This document shows, piece after piece, positions 27,391 through 37,815 of a stretch of DNA of 64,000 nucleotides. The position numbers and the translations under genes are program-made. The notes beneath the pieces were generated by a model. The model was not told the origin of the DNA and did no database searches. It saw nothing but the letters and a program-made list of their open reading frames with translations. The stretch spans positions 1 through 64,000 of the forward strand of contig JAVJNR010000008.1 of NCBI GenBank assembly GCA_040217195.1, read 5' to 3'. The stretch is from Leptospiraceae bacterium. GTDB lineage: Bacteria; Spirochaetota; Leptospiria; Leptospirales; Leptonemataceae. How positions within the stretch are numbered: position 1 is the stretch's first letter; each line of letters begins with the position of its first letter.

Positions 27391-30300
27391 ATGTCCATTA
27401 TGCCATCCATTCAGATTGCAGGATATAATGTTCCCGTTTTTCATGAAGATCCGGGCTGGATTCCCGAGACCAATATAATTCTAACTCCTACGACCAGTGC
27501 AAATCTAAGGAAGATTCTTCCCGCAATAGTCCAGAATCGGCCTTTGCTTCTGGTGGGAGATGCAGGAGTCGGAAAGAATGCACTTATCTACTATATAAAT
27601 AGCCTTCGAAAGCATCCTACCATTCGATATAGCTTCAACGAGGATACGCTACCCGAGGATCTGGTAGGATCTTACCGACTGGATCCCAATACACATGGTT
27701 TTGTCTGGTCCGATGGTCCACTGAGCCAGGCCATGCGCCAGGGCTCCACATTCGTGGCCGATGAGATGAACCTGGCCAGTCCTGAAGTGCTAAAACGATT
27801 TCAGTCCATCTTCAGCGAAAACTACATTGAAATGCTGGAAGGGGATGCCACCCGCATCGATCCGGCTGCCGGATTTCAGTTTGTAGCGACTCAAAACCCG
27901 GCGGAGGGATTCGAAGGCCGCAAAAATCTCCCCAGGGAAATACAGAAATACTTTATCACTGTCTATCTGGATCCGTATCCAGTGGCTGAGCTGGTGGAAA
28001 TCCTCAAAGGTCTCTATTCCGATGTGCCAGAAGATGTGCTAAATGCAATCGTTCACATTAACCGGGATGTGGAAGATGCGGTGATTCGCAAGAAGATTGG
28101 ATCCAGGGATCTGGAGAGATATCATTTTAATCTCAGGAATTTGTCTCGACTGACTCGTAGAATCGAAGAGCAACCCCAGGCTATCTATCAAGAGCTATCC
28201 GATGTTTATCTGCGCCCGTTTCGCACAACAGAGGATCATGTTGAAGTCAAAGGGATGTTCGAAAATCGGCTGAAAGAATTTGGTCTTTCCGGTATAGCGG
28301 AGCGAAAGCATCCAGCTGTGGAATTGGCCGCCAATTCGGACGGTCGGTTTTCCATTGGTCGGGCCTTGCTTGAATTAAAGGAGTTTCATTCTGAAGGTGC
28401 AAGCATTCCCGGTGCAGATGCTTTTAAAGCAAATTTAGAGAAGGCATCCCGGGAATTTGTTCCTGTGCCTGCCCGTGCGGACCTGCTGGAATCAATCGCC
28501 CGGGCTATACAGTTCCGGGAAAATGTATTGCTGGAAGGAGATTCGGACGTGGAGCCCGATGAATACGTGCGATTCTTTGCCAACGCTCTGGGTCGGGATC
28601 TGCATGTGGTTACCCTGTCCCGCGGAATGCACACTGCGGATGTAATGGGAGGACTGAAGCCAGCATCCGGTAACGGTTCTTCCGAAGGGGCTGCAGTGGA
28701 CTGGGTAGACGGTCCTTTAACTCGTGCAGTGAAAAACGGTGAATTCATCCTGATCCAGGGATTGGAAGCTGCTGGTCCTGAGCTGGTAGAAAAGCTAAAT
28801 ATGCTGATGGACGATGCCCGGGCTTTGATGCTTCCTCCGGAGTCAGGTAGCAATGAACCGGTATTTCTGCCTCCAGAGTCTAGAATCTTTGGTATCAAAT
28901 TCTTTCGCTCCCAGCGAACCTCACCCACAGTTAGTCGTGCCTTTCGTAACCGATTTACCTGTTATACCATCCCCGCGGTCGAGGATCCGGAATCTCTGCG
29001 AGCCATACTGCGAAGCCATCTTGGTCTGGCCGAGGAGGAAGCTCCTGAACTGGTGAAGCTCATGCAACAGTTCCACACAGCAGTAAGAGAAAAGGCGCGA
29101 AAGAGAGAAATCGGCGCAGCCAATCTTCAGCCTTATCGATTCGGACTGACCAATCTGACCAGGTTTACAGATTCCGTAGGATGGGCCGTGGCCGAGCCAG
29201 AAAACCTAAATCAGGGAATGCTCAAGGATATTATTGCAGAGGGGGCAGGCATCGCCTATTTACATGAAATTGCAGATCCTGTGGAGAGAGAGAAAATGTT
29301 CTCACTTCTGGACTCTCTGCTGGATGGACAAAACCCGGATGCTTTGCTGGATGGTCTAAAGACCATTTCAAAAAAAAAAGCCCTGAAAGAGAAAACCCAT
29401 AAATCCAGAATCTGGTGGGATCAGGATAAGCACTGGAGAGAAGCCAACACCGGTAAAGCGAAATGGAATCTGGATGGTCGTGACTTGAAGGAAGGAATCA
29501 ATATCGATACTCCTGAAACTGGCGGTCAGACGAAAGAGGGACCGGATGCCTGGTACGGACAGGACACCCAGGGAAATAAAGGTGTGGGCGACCCCGGCCA
29601 TGGCGGAGGCGCCTGGGGCTATCGCAGTGAAGAGCTGTACCAGGAATTTCTCAAGAAGCGCAAAATTCTATGGGATTACAGCATTGGCGTAAGCCTGGAA
29701 GATTTCAAAGAAGTATTTGGACCGGAAATCGACCGTGTAACTGTGGATCTGGATCGCTTCATGGATCCAGATATTCATATCAACCGTCGCTATGAATCCA
29801 GAGGCTCCCGGGTGGATGCGAGAAAATACCTGTCCTACCTGGCAGGTCGCAGCGATGGAAGAATCTTTGATCGAACTACCATTAACATAGATGAAGATCG
29901 CCTTAAAGGTGTTGAGGTTCTCTTTGCACTGAATAAAGGTCGTCGGATTTTCAACTTCGAGTACTCCATCGCCACCCTGGTGGCTTTGATGAGTTCTGCA
30001 GAAATCCTGAGCAATCATCGTATTCCTTTTGGCGTTGTGGGTTATTCGGACCTGAAAAACTCCAAAGTAGATATTGATATGCAATGGTTTAAGAACCTGG
30101 ATCCAGAGTATGGTCCACAATATGAAAGCCATCTATTCTCCGGAATTGCCCAGGCCTGGCATGGAGATACCATACCGGAAAGCCATATTATGGAAGAGCT
30201 GAGTTCCTATTTCTCGACAGAGGCTCGCACCAGAATCCTGGTAGTTCTTTCGGATTTCAGAGGCAGTCGAGGAAAAGTTAATATGGAAGCAGATCTGCGC

Positions 30301-30579
30301 AGCCATGAGACAAAAGCTCTGGTGGGTGAGGTAGAGAAGCTAAAAGAGAGAGGACTGGTGATGCTGGGAGTGGGCCTGGGACCCAGAGCCATAGCGGAAC
30401 AGATTTTTCCTGAAAGCCTGAGCATTGCCAGGGAAAACTATGCGAATCTACCGGGACTTCTGGCATCTTCCATCACAGAAATGATTCATCGATACCACAG
30501 CGCCACCGAGGGTGCTCCTGGATCGGCATCTGATCAGGGAAATGATGGTCGGTCCTATCGAAGGGAAGAAGCTTCCTGA
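27391..30579 (+). CDS. Tandem AAA+ (MoxR/midasin-like) ATPase with C-terminal VWA-like domain
   Basis: AAA1 has GDAGVGKN, FVADEMN and ATQNP. AAA2 is degenerate (WVDGPL retained). Gly-rich linker, then a Rossmann-like domain ending ILVVLSD...LGVGLG. RBS AGGAGG before ATG 27391. Confidence 0.85.
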   Translation: MSIMPSIQIAGYNVPVFHEDPGWIPETNIILTPTTSANLRKILPAIVQNRPLLLVGDAGVGKNALIYYINSLRKHPTIRYSFNEDTLPEDLVGSYRLDPNTHGFVWSDGPLSQAMRQGSTFVADEMNLASPEVLKRFQSIFSENYIEMLEGDATRIDPAAGFQFVATQNPAEGFEGRKNLPREIQKYFITVYLDPYPVAELVEILKGLYSDVPEDVLNAIVHINRDVEDAVIRKKIGSRDLERYHFNLRNLSRLTRRIEEQPQAIYQELSDVYLRPFRTTEDHVEVKGMFENRLKEFGLSGIAERKHPAVELAANSDGRFSIGRALLELKEFHSEGASIPGADAFKANLEKASREFVPVPARADLLESIARAIQFRENVLLEGDSDVEPDEYVRFFANALGRDLHVVTLSRGMHTADVMGGLKPASGNGSSEGAAVDWVDGPLTRAVKNGEFILIQGLEAAGPELVEKLNMLMDDARALMLPPESGSNEPVFLPPESRIFGIKFFRSQRTSPTVSRAFRNRFTCYTIPAVEDPESLRAILRSHLGLAEEEAPELVKLMQQFHTAVREKARKREIGAANLQPYRFGLTNLTRFTDSVGWAVAEPENLNQGMLKDIIAEGAGIAYLHEIADPVEREKMFSLLDSLLDGQNPDALLDGLKTISKKKALKEKTHKSRIWWDQDKHWREANTGKAKWNLDGRDLKEGINIDTPETGGQTKEGPDAWYGQDTQGNKGVGDPGHGGGAWGYRSEELYQEFLKKRKILWDYSIGVSLEDFKEVFGPEIDRVTVDLDRFMDPDIHINRRYESRGSRVDARKYLSYLAGRSDGRIFDRTTINIDEDRLKGVEVLFALNKGRRIFNFEYSIATLVALMSSAEILSNHRIPFGVVGYSDLKNSKVDIDMQWFKNLDPEYGPQYESHLFSGIAQAWHGDTIPESHIMEELSSYFSTEARTRILVVLSDFRGSRGKVNMEADLRSHETKALVGEVEKLKERGLVMLGVGLGPRAIAEQIFPESLSIARENYANLPGLLASSITEMIHRYHSATEGAPGSASDQGNDGRSYRREEAS

Positions 30580-30594
30580 TTCGGTAAGAATCAT

Positions 30595-31308
30595 ATGGCA
30601 ACGAAAAAGAGTACAAAGAAAACCAGTCCCGGTGCCGGGAAAAAGACTGCAAGCAACGGTTCCCGAAAGGGTAAGAAATCTGCAGGATCGAATAGCAGAT
30701 CTACTATGTCCGGACACGTAAACGATCTTGGCGAACTGGGCCCCCGGGGGAAGGTTCATGATACAGCCTGGATTCATCCAAAAGCGTCGGTGATCGGAAA
30801 TGTTGTGCTGGGCCCGGATTGCTCTATCTGGCCTTCTTCTGTTCTTCGCGGAGATCTGGGGCATATCACTCTGGGCCGGGCGGTTAACATCCAGGATGGC
30901 ACCGTAATTCACTGCGACTCTGGAGGCCGGGTGGACATCGGAGATTACACCCTTGTGGGCCATCGCGCCATGCTTCATGGCTGCACAGTGGGTCGTGGTG
31001 CACTGATTGGAATCAATTGTGTAGTTCTGGACGGAGCTGACATAGGTGATGGGGCCATGATCACCGCTGGTTGCATGATTCGGGGAGGCATGAAGATTCC
31101 TGCCAGAAGTATGGTGGTCCAGAAGGGTGGAGAACTAAAGATTTATCCGGACAAAGCCAGAACCAGAATGACCCTGGGTGGAAGTCTGGAATACGTGGAG
31201 CTGGCTCGACGCTGGAAGGAGCGTACCTTCGAACCTCTAACGGAGAAAGAAGAAAAAGAGCTATTTGAACGTGCAGGTATTATCTTGAAAGAAATGTTTC
31301 CTGATTAG
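30595..31308 (+). CDS. Gamma carbonic anhydrase family (hexapeptide repeat) protein
   Basis: VLRGD, NIQDGTVIH and VGHRAMLHGC His ligands. Confidence 0.9.
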   Translation: MATKKSTKKTSPGAGKKTASNGSRKGKKSAGSNSRSTMSGHVNDLGELGPRGKVHDTAWIHPKASVIGNVVLGPDCSIWPSSVLRGDLGHITLGRAVNIQDGTVIHCDSGGRVDIGDYTLVGHRAMLHGCTVGRGALIGINCVVLDGADIGDGAMITAGCMIRGGMKIPARSMVVQKGGELKIYPDKARTRMTLGGSLEYVELARRWKERTFEPLTEKEEKELFERAGIILKEMFPD

Positions 31309-31344
31309 GGCCTCCTCAGAAACTGGCCTCAGTCGGAGAAGTGT

Positions 31345-32553
31345 ATGGCCAGAGAGATCAAAAAGATAGAGCAGGCGATTGAAGAGATACGTCAGGGAAA
31401 GTTAATCATCCTGGTGGACTCTGAGGATAGGGAAAACGAAGGTGATCTGGTAATTTCAGCCCAGCACATTACACCGGAAGCGGTGAATTTCATGGCCACC
31501 TATGGAAAGGGTCTTATCTGCACCCCACTGTCCGAAGAAAAAATTCATAATCTACAGCTTGAACCCATGGTTCGCGAAAACACCGAACGATACGGCACAG
31601 CATTCACTATATCCGTGGATGCCGCCAGGGGAATTACGACCGGAATCTCAGCACCGGATCGAGCACATACCATCCGACTACTATCCGATCCAGCCACTCG
31701 TCCAGACGATCTGGTTAAACCAGGACATATATTTCCTCTGAAGAGCGTTCGGGGCGGGGTACTTCGCAGAGCCGGGCATACAGAAGCCTCCGTAGATCTA
31801 TGCAAACTGGCCGGCCTGAATCCTGCGGCGGTGATTTGTGAAGTAATGAAAGAGGATGGTACAATGGCCAGACTTCCAGATCTTCTGGAATTCGCAGAAA
31901 CGCATGACATAAATGTTTATACCATCGAAGACCTGATTCGTCATAGAACTAGATTCGATTCTTTGATTCGCAAGGAAGCAGAGTCCAATCTTCCCACCAC
32001 ATATGGGGACTTCAGCATTCAGGTTTTTTCAACTACTATCGATGACAAGTTGCATGTAGCCCTTGTCAAAGGCGATGTGACCGGAAAAGAGAATGTTCTG
32101 GTCCGGGTTCATAGCGAATGCCTCACAGGGGATATTTTTCATTCCGAAAGATGTGATTGTGGAGAGCAGCTGGACCGGGCTTTGCATTTAATTGCAGAAA
32201 GAGGCGAAGGGGTTCTGTTATACATTCGTCAGGAAGGTCGGGGCATTGGACTTCTAAACAAGATTCGAGCTTACAACCTGCAAGATGAAGGTCTGGATAC
32301 AGTGGAGGCCAACGAAAAGCTGGGCTTCAAAGCCGATTTGCGAGATTATGGAATAGGCGCTCAGATCCTTTCCTCTCTGGGCCTGAGCACCATCCATCTA
32401 TTGACAAACAATCCTAAAAAGGTTGTTGGATTAAATGGATACGGTCTGCAAATTACGGATCGGGTTCCAATTACTATTCCACCCAGAGAAGCGAATGAAA
32501 AATATCTTCGCACAAAAAAAGAAAAGCTGGGACATCTTTTTGACTTCGTTTGA
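31345..32553 (+). CDS. ribBA: Bifunctional DHBP synthase / GTP cyclohydrolase II
   Basis: [34 protein letters not shown] and LTNNP motifs. Confidence 0.97.
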   Translation: MAREIKKIEQAIEEIRQGKLIILVDSEDRENEGDLVISAQHITPEAVNFMATYGKGLICTPLSEEKIHNLQLEPMVRENTERYGTAFTISVDAARGITTGISAPDRAHTIRLLSDPATRPDDLVKPGHIFPLKSVRGGVLRRAGHTEASVDLCKLAGLNPAAVICEVMKEDGTMARLPDLLEFAETHDINVYTIEDLIRHRTRFDSLIRKEAESNLPTTYGDFSIQVFSTTIDDKLHVALVKGDVTGKENVLVRVHSECLTGDIFHSERCDCGEQLDRALHLIAERGEGVLLYIRQEGRGIGLLNKIRAYNLQDEGLDTVEANEKLGFKADLRDYGIGAQILSSLGLSTIHLLTNNPKKVVGLNGYGLQITDRVPITIPPREANEKYLRTKKEKLGHLFDFV

Positions 32554-32797
32554 TTCTGGTCGGGTCAACGTGGATGAAAATACATGTTATATTGAGCCCG
32601 ATGGTCCCTGGGTTACTCTGCTTGATAGGGATTTCAAATCAGCAGAATCGGATATTTGCTGCGAGCCTCTCATACCCTGCAAGAGTCATTGATAGAATCA
32701 AGTTTCGAGAATTCCTGCTTAAAGGCCACTTTCTTTATTAGGAATTGCATTTCAGTTCAGTCCCAAAGGATGCATGCTGAAAAACGGATTTTTTAAA

Positions 32798-33106
32798 TCA
32801 GCCAATAGGTTCCACGCGAACCTCGATACCAATGCTTCGAATATCTCCGGCAACCTTTCTTGCGCTTTCTTCATCTCCATGAAAGACTTCTGCCTCTCCA
32901 TTATTGTCTACAGCCAGAGCAATCTGAAGCGCCTCCTCAAAGCCAATGCCCAGTGCTTTCATACAGATTCGGATTACCTGCTCATAGGTATTGTAGTCAT
33001 TATCAATTATGGTTACCTTGAATATCTGATCCGGCTTTTTCTCTTTTTGGCCTTCAATTCTGAGTCCGGGGTTTTCCCGGGCCAGGGGAGCGGAATCTGC
33101 AGACAT
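32798..33106 (-). CDS. clpS: ATP-dependent Clp protease adaptor ClpS-like
   Basis: FKVTIIDNDYNTYEQV...A..VDNNGEAEV matches the ClpS core. The real gene is the last 102 aa of ORF 32798..33754. Confidence 0.8.
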   Translation of the reverse strand: MSADSAPLARENPGLRIEGQKEKKPDQIFKVTIIDNDYNTYEQVIRICMKALGIGFEEALQIALAVDNNGEAEVFHGDEESARKVAGDIRSIGIEVRVEPIG

Positions 33107-33160
33107 TGCTGGAATTTGCACTTGCAGTAACGAAGGCACGGAGAAAAACGAATCAAGTCT

Positions 33161-33694
33161 ATGCAAAGCCTCTATGGATTTCTCAAGCGAAATGCCGTTA
33201 CTCTGGTACTCTTTGGTGCTGTACTGGCCTTTGTAGCTTATCAGAAAATTCCACTTTATATGGCGAACAAGGCTGCCATGGAAAAGCCGCCTGCGGAGTT
33301 CCAGGCTTCTTCTATCGACGGAGAATCGTTTAACCTGGAAGATCTTAGAGGCAAATTCGTGGTGCTCAGTTTCTGGGCCACCTGGTGCATGCCGTGCAGG
33401 GCCGAGATTCCCATACTTAATTCTGTGTTCGAAGAGCTTCACGATGAGGGCCTGGTGATTCTGGGTATTACCGCCGAGGAGCAGTCTGTAGTTCAAGATT
33501 TTTTGAAGGATCGTGCGGTATCCTATCCAGTTATTATCGATGAATATGGTTCCATCACAAATCGCTATGGTGTCCGGGCCTTTCCAACTCTGGTGATGAT
33601 AGATCGGGATGGGCAGATTGTGGATCGGGCCACAGGCCTGGATTTCCTTTTGAAGTGGAAATTGCGAAACCGGGTCACCGGCAATTATTTCTAG
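33161..33694 (+). CDS. TlpA/ResA-like membrane-anchored thiol-disulfide oxidoreductase
   Basis: N-terminal TM helix; FWATWCMPCRAEIP; FPT. Confidence 0.9.
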   Translation: MQSLYGFLKRNAVTLVLFGAVLAFVAYQKIPLYMANKAAMEKPPAEFQASSIDGESFNLEDLRGKFVVLSFWATWCMPCRAEIPILNSVFEELHDEGLVILGITAEEQSVVQDFLKDRAVSYPVIIDEYGSITNRYGVRAFPTLVMIDRDGQIVDRATGLDFLLKWKLRNRVTGNYF

Positions 33695-33858
33695 AACAGA
33701 TCGTCTGCCAGGGTTGAATCTTTTTTGCTCAGTGAGCATGTGAGCTAATGGCACTGCCGGCCGCTTATGATTCTAGTTTTCTACTCTCCAGGAATTGCAT
33801 TGTCCTCCCATAGCCCCGCACTTCTCTGGACATAATCTCATTCTAGAGAGGTCGAAGT

Positions 33859-35748
33859 ATGAAGGAACCCGGTACAGCGCATCCGCAGGAAAAAATCGCA
33901 GTTCTGGATTTTGGAGGGCAGTACGCTCATCTCATCGCATCCAGGATTCGCCGGATGGGTGCCTACACTGAGATCGAATTTCCAGATCAGTTCGATGCGG
34001 CTCGAGCAGCCAGTTATCATGGAATTATTCTTTCCGGAGGACCGGAGTCCGTATATGAACCGGGGGCGCCTTCCATTGACAGCGAAATACTGGCGATTGG
34101 CGTTCCTGTGCTGGGCATTTGTTACGGCCACCATCTAATGATGCACAGCCTGGGCGGAACTGTGGTTTCTTCTGGCAGCCGAGAATACGGAGCGGCCCGA
34201 ATCCACTGGAATGGCGATCCAGATCAAAGGGGTATCTATAGCAGCCTGCCGGATGAAGCAGTAGTCTGGATGAGTCACGGCGATGAAGTGGAAGAGCTTC
34301 CAGATGGATTTGAAGTAATCGGTTCTACTCCAGATTGTAGATTTGCAGCCCTGGGCGATCTTTCCAGAAACCTGTTTTCGATTCAGTTTCATCCAGAGGT
34401 TTCGCACACCGAAATTGGTGACGATCTGCTTTCCAGATTCATTGATGTTTGTGGATTACGCGGCACCTGGCAACTGAAGGATTTCCTGAAAGCAGAGCAG
34501 GATCGAATCAAAGCCGATACCACAGGACGGAAGGTTTTCTTCCTGGTTTCTGGCGGTGTGGATTCTACGGTGGCCTATACTCTGCTTGCGGAATCTATGC
34601 CGGGAGATCATCTGAAGGGACTATTGGTAGATACCGGATTTCTGAGAAAGGATGAAGCCAATCAGGTACGAACCGCAATCAAGAATCTGGGCCTGGATTT
34701 AATGGTCCACGATGCATCCGAGGAATTCTTTGCTGCTCTAGAAGGGCAATTTGAGCCAGAGATCAAGCGGAAGATTATAGGTGATCTATTTCTGAAGGTT
34801 CAGGCTGAATATGCGAATAAGCTGGGCCTGCAAAGCGAAGAGTGGATACTGGGACAGGGAACTATATATCCGGATACCATCGAATCCGGTTCCACCAAAT
34901 CTTCGCATACGATTAAGACTCACCATAATCGAGTGGAAGCCATTGCCAGGATGATAGAGGAGGGGCGCATAATTGAACCCCTGTCAGAGCTCTATAAAGA
35001 TGAAGTCCGGCAACTGGGCCGACTGCTGGGATTGCCCGAGCATCTAGTGGATCGACATCCCTTTCCCGGACCCGGGCTGGCAGTGCGATGTCTGTGCACT
35101 CCTGAGGATCCGGAGAATCATGCAGGATATGAACAGCGTTCTGTGGATCTTCGAACTCTGGTCGAAAGTAGCGGTGGGATTCAGGAGTTGCTGGAGGCCA
35201 CCGGTATTGAAGGACAGTTGCTGCCAGTGCTTTCAGTGGGAGTGCAGGGAGATAAAAGAACCTATGCTCATCCCGTAGTTCTTTTTCAGGCTGCGAAGGA
35301 AAGTAAAGAAAGTCAATTCGACTCACTTCTAGAACTGGCTACAATGATTCCCAATCGTTTATCTAAAGCCAATCGAGTTGTTCTTTCCGCCAGCAATGTA
35401 AGCTCCTATTTGCTTAAAGCCGGCCAGGATCTAAATCGATCCAGAATTGAAGCACTTCAAATCGCAGATGCCATAGTAAAAGATTTTCAGGAAGAAACCG
35501 GTCTATATCAGGAAATCTGGCAATTTCCGGTGGTTCTATTGCCGGTGTATCGCACGGATGATTCTCAGAAGAGGGAATGCATTGTGCTTCGACCTGTGGA
35601 TTCCAGGGATGCCATGACCGCCAGTCCTTTTCTTATGGAGACTTCGCAGCTCCAGGATCTTTGCAATCGAATCCTGGACACAGGTCGATTCGGAGATGTG
35701 CTACTCGATTTAACCAGCAAGCCCCCTGGAACTATCGAATGGGAATGA
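33859..35748 (+). CDS. guaA: GMP synthase (glutamine-hydrolysing)
   Basis: LDFGGQY, GICYG, QFHPE, SGGVDS, IKTHHN, PFPGPGL and KPPGTIEWE motifs. Confidence 0.97.
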   Translation: MKEPGTAHPQEKIAVLDFGGQYAHLIASRIRRMGAYTEIEFPDQFDAARAASYHGIILSGGPESVYEPGAPSIDSEILAIGVPVLGICYGHHLMMHSLGGTVVSSGSREYGAARIHWNGDPDQRGIYSSLPDEAVVWMSHGDEVEELPDGFEVIGSTPDCRFAALGDLSRNLFSIQFHPEVSHTEIGDDLLSRFIDVCGLRGTWQLKDFLKAEQDRIKADTTGRKVFFLVSGGVDSTVAYTLLAESMPGDHLKGLLVDTGFLRKDEANQVRTAIKNLGLDLMVHDASEEFFAALEGQFEPEIKRKIIGDLFLKVQAEYANKLGLQSEEWILGQGTIYPDTIESGSTKSSHTIKTHHNRVEAIARMIEEGRIIEPLSELYKDEVRQLGRLLGLPEHLVDRHPFPGPGLAVRCLCTPEDPENHAGYEQRSVDLRTLVESSGGIQELLEATGIEGQLLPVLSVGVQGDKRTYAHPVVLFQAAKESKESQFDSLLELATMIPNRLSKANRVVLSASNVSSYLLKAGQDLNRSRIEALQIADAIVKDFQEETGLYQEIWQFPVVLLPVYRTDDSQKRECIVLRPVDSRDAMTASPFLMETSQLQDLCNRILDTGRFGDVLLDLTSKPPGTIEWE

Positions 35749-35993
35749 TCTGAGACGTGGTTGCTCCGGCAGATAGTTGCCAGACCTTTCTGATTTAATG
35801 AGTTACCGACTCCAAAAACGTCCGTATCATTTTTGGACTTCCTGGACCATTATCAGAAAACGTAGCCTCTTTTTTTTCGGGACTGCTTTTGGCCTGGCGA
35901 AACGATCCTGAAAATCAGTCAGTGCGACGACATTCTAAACTGCATTTAGATTCCCTGAATTGACTGAGCAATTTAAAAAAAAGCGAATGTCAA

Positions 35994-36860
35994 CTAGGCG
36001 AAATACTTCTCCAGATCTGTGGCAAAAGCTGGTAATGCAAAAGCAGCCTTATGAGTGGCGGGATTCCAGAAACGAAAATCCTGGGCGGTTAATTCAGACT
36101 CATTATATCTTTTTTCCAGGTTGATAAATGGATCTGGTCCGTTCTGACCTTTGGCAAAAAAGGTAAATCCGATCATGCCTCCTGGATAGGTGGGCACTCT
36201 AGTATTGTAGTAGAACCGTCGTTGATAGAACTTCGCTCCGTACTGAAGCAATCTTTCTATGATGTCTCGGTGCATGTAAATGTTCTCTGCCTGAGTGGCA
36301 AGAATGCCTCCTTCTCGAAGGGAGGCGTAGCAACTTTCGTAGAACGCTTCACCGAATAGCACAGCTGCCGGTCCTACAGGATCGCTGGAATCCACCAGAA
36401 TCAAATCATAGGTTTCCGGATGGTCTTCAGCCCATTTAGCGCCATCTTCATAGAAGCATTTCACTCTTGGATCATCAAAGCCCGAAGCAATGGAAGGCAG
36501 GAATTCTTTGCTAACTTCAACTACACGACGGTCTATTTCACATAGATGAATTTCTTCCAGATCTTTATGCTTGCACAATTCGCGAATGGTGCCACCATCT
36601 CCGCCGCCAATGACCAGGGCCTTTCTGGGGGCTGCATGGGCAAAAGCCGGCACATGGGCAATCATTTCATGATAGGCGAATTCATCGAACTCTGTGGTCA
36701 TGATCACATCGTCAAGAACCAGCATTTTGCCGCAGTAAGCTGTTTCCAGAACATCGATTTTTTGATATTCGCTGGTCTCTGAGTGAATCGTACTTTTGAT
36801 TCGAAGTTGTAGCCGCATATCTGCTGCTATTTCCAGATTTTCGGTGAACCACAGTTCCAT
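35994..36860 (-). CDS. speE: Polyamine aminopropyltransferase (spermidine synthase)
   Basis: YHEMIAH, IGGGDGG, DSSDPVGPA and VPTYPGG motifs; start reset to MELWFTE. Confidence 0.95.
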   Translation of the reverse strand: MELWFTENLEIAADMRLQLRIKSTIHSETSEYQKIDVLETAYCGKMLVLDDVIMTTEFDEFAYHEMIAHVPAFAHAAPRKALVIGGGDGGTIRELCKHKDLEEIHLCEIDRRVVEVSKEFLPSIASGFDDPRVKCFYEDGAKWAEDHPETYDLILVDSSDPVGPAAVLFGEAFYESCYASLREGGILATQAENIYMHRDIIERLLQYGAKFYQRRFYYNTRVPTYPGGMIGFTFFAKGQNGPDPFINLEKRYNESELTAQDFRFWNPATHKAAFALPAFATDLEKYFA

Positions 36861-36933
36861 TTGCAACCGATTACAGGGGCCCGTTGGGCGGTAAACTACT
36901 TTCGTAAATACCGGGCCCGGATAGACCTGACCC

Positions 36934-37398
36934 ATGAGCGAAAGACCTTTCCGTATTCTTGGAATTCAGCAAATTGCCATTGGTGGCACCGACAAAGGTA
37001 AGCTGGCTGGCCTCTGGATTGATATGTTTGGCCTGGAAAAAACCAGCACCTACCAGAGTGAAAAGGAAAACGTAGATGAGGATATTCTGCGAATCGGCAG
37101 CGGCCCTCATGCCATTGAAGTGGATATTATGCAACCCATAGATCCTGAAAAAGCTCCCAGAGTCCATGTACCTCCCTTGAACCACATTGGTCTGTGGGTG
37201 GATGATCTGGAGAAGGCTGTGGAATATATGACCGAAAAAGGGATGCGTTTCACTCCTGGAGGAATCAGAAAAGGAGCGGCCGGACACATTGTTTGCTTCA
37301 TTCATCCAAAAGGAAACGAGGAGTTTCCCATGTCCGGAGAGGGTGTGTTGATTGAGCTGGTTCAGGCTCCGGATGATGTAATCAAGGCCCTGGGCTGA
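36934..37398 (+). CDS. VOC/glyoxalase family protein (methylmalonyl-CoA epimerase-like)
   Basis: [23 protein letters not shown] and GVLIELVQ motifs. Confidence 0.88.
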   Translation: MSERPFRILGIQQIAIGGTDKGKLAGLWIDMFGLEKTSTYQSEKENVDEDILRIGSGPHAIEVDIMQPIDPEKAPRVHVPPLNHIGLWVDDLEKAVEYMTEKGMRFTPGGIRKGAAGHIVCFIHPKGNEEFPMSGEGVLIELVQAPDDVIKALG

Positions 37399-37575
37399 TT
37401 TCCCCTATGGCAGCTCCGGTCAGAGGTCATGTAAATACATGGCCTTCCGTTGCTCTGCTGGTGGAATTTGAATCGTGGCAAGTACAGCCGGATTGAGCCT
37501 GTGAGGGCCAGAGGTGGTCTTTTCTCGGCTAGCGGCGCATTGGCCGTTTTAGGCTGATTTAGATGGTAGAGGATG

Positions 37576-37657
37576 TACCCGGAGCGGGACTTGAACCCGC
37601 ACGACCGAAGTCCCAGGATTTTAAGTCCTGTATGTCTACCAATTCCATCATCCGGGC
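37576..37657 (-). tRNA. tRNA-Leu (TAA)
   Basis: Minus strand GCCCGGA...CAGGA-CTTAAAA-TCCTG...GGTTCAAGTCC. Confidence 0.95.
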
Positions 37658-37676
37658 ATGGATGGGAAAAAAGAAA

Positions 37677-37752
37677 TGGAGGCGTCGGCCGGATTTGAAC
37701 CGGCGATAGAGCTTTTGCAGAGCCCCGCCTTAGGCCACTTGGCTACGACGCC
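37677..37752 (-). tRNA. tRNA-Cys (GCA), CCA encoded
   Basis: Minus strand GGCGTCG...GGGCT-CTGCAAA-AGCTC...CGACGCC-T-CCA. Confidence 0.95.
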
Positions 37753-37815
37753 CGATGAGTTCAATGACCATAGACGATGGGTAGGGGTCAACCGTAAAAC
37801 GGTGAGGCAGAGAAC

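Noticed and set aside
31309..31345. FMN riboswitch upstream of ribBA
   Set aside because: Only 36 nt of intergenic space and no RFN consensus.
33107..33754. N-terminal 216 aa of ORF 32798..33754
   Set aside because: It is the antisense shadow of the TlpA gene. Only the ClpS-like C-terminal part has a protein signature.
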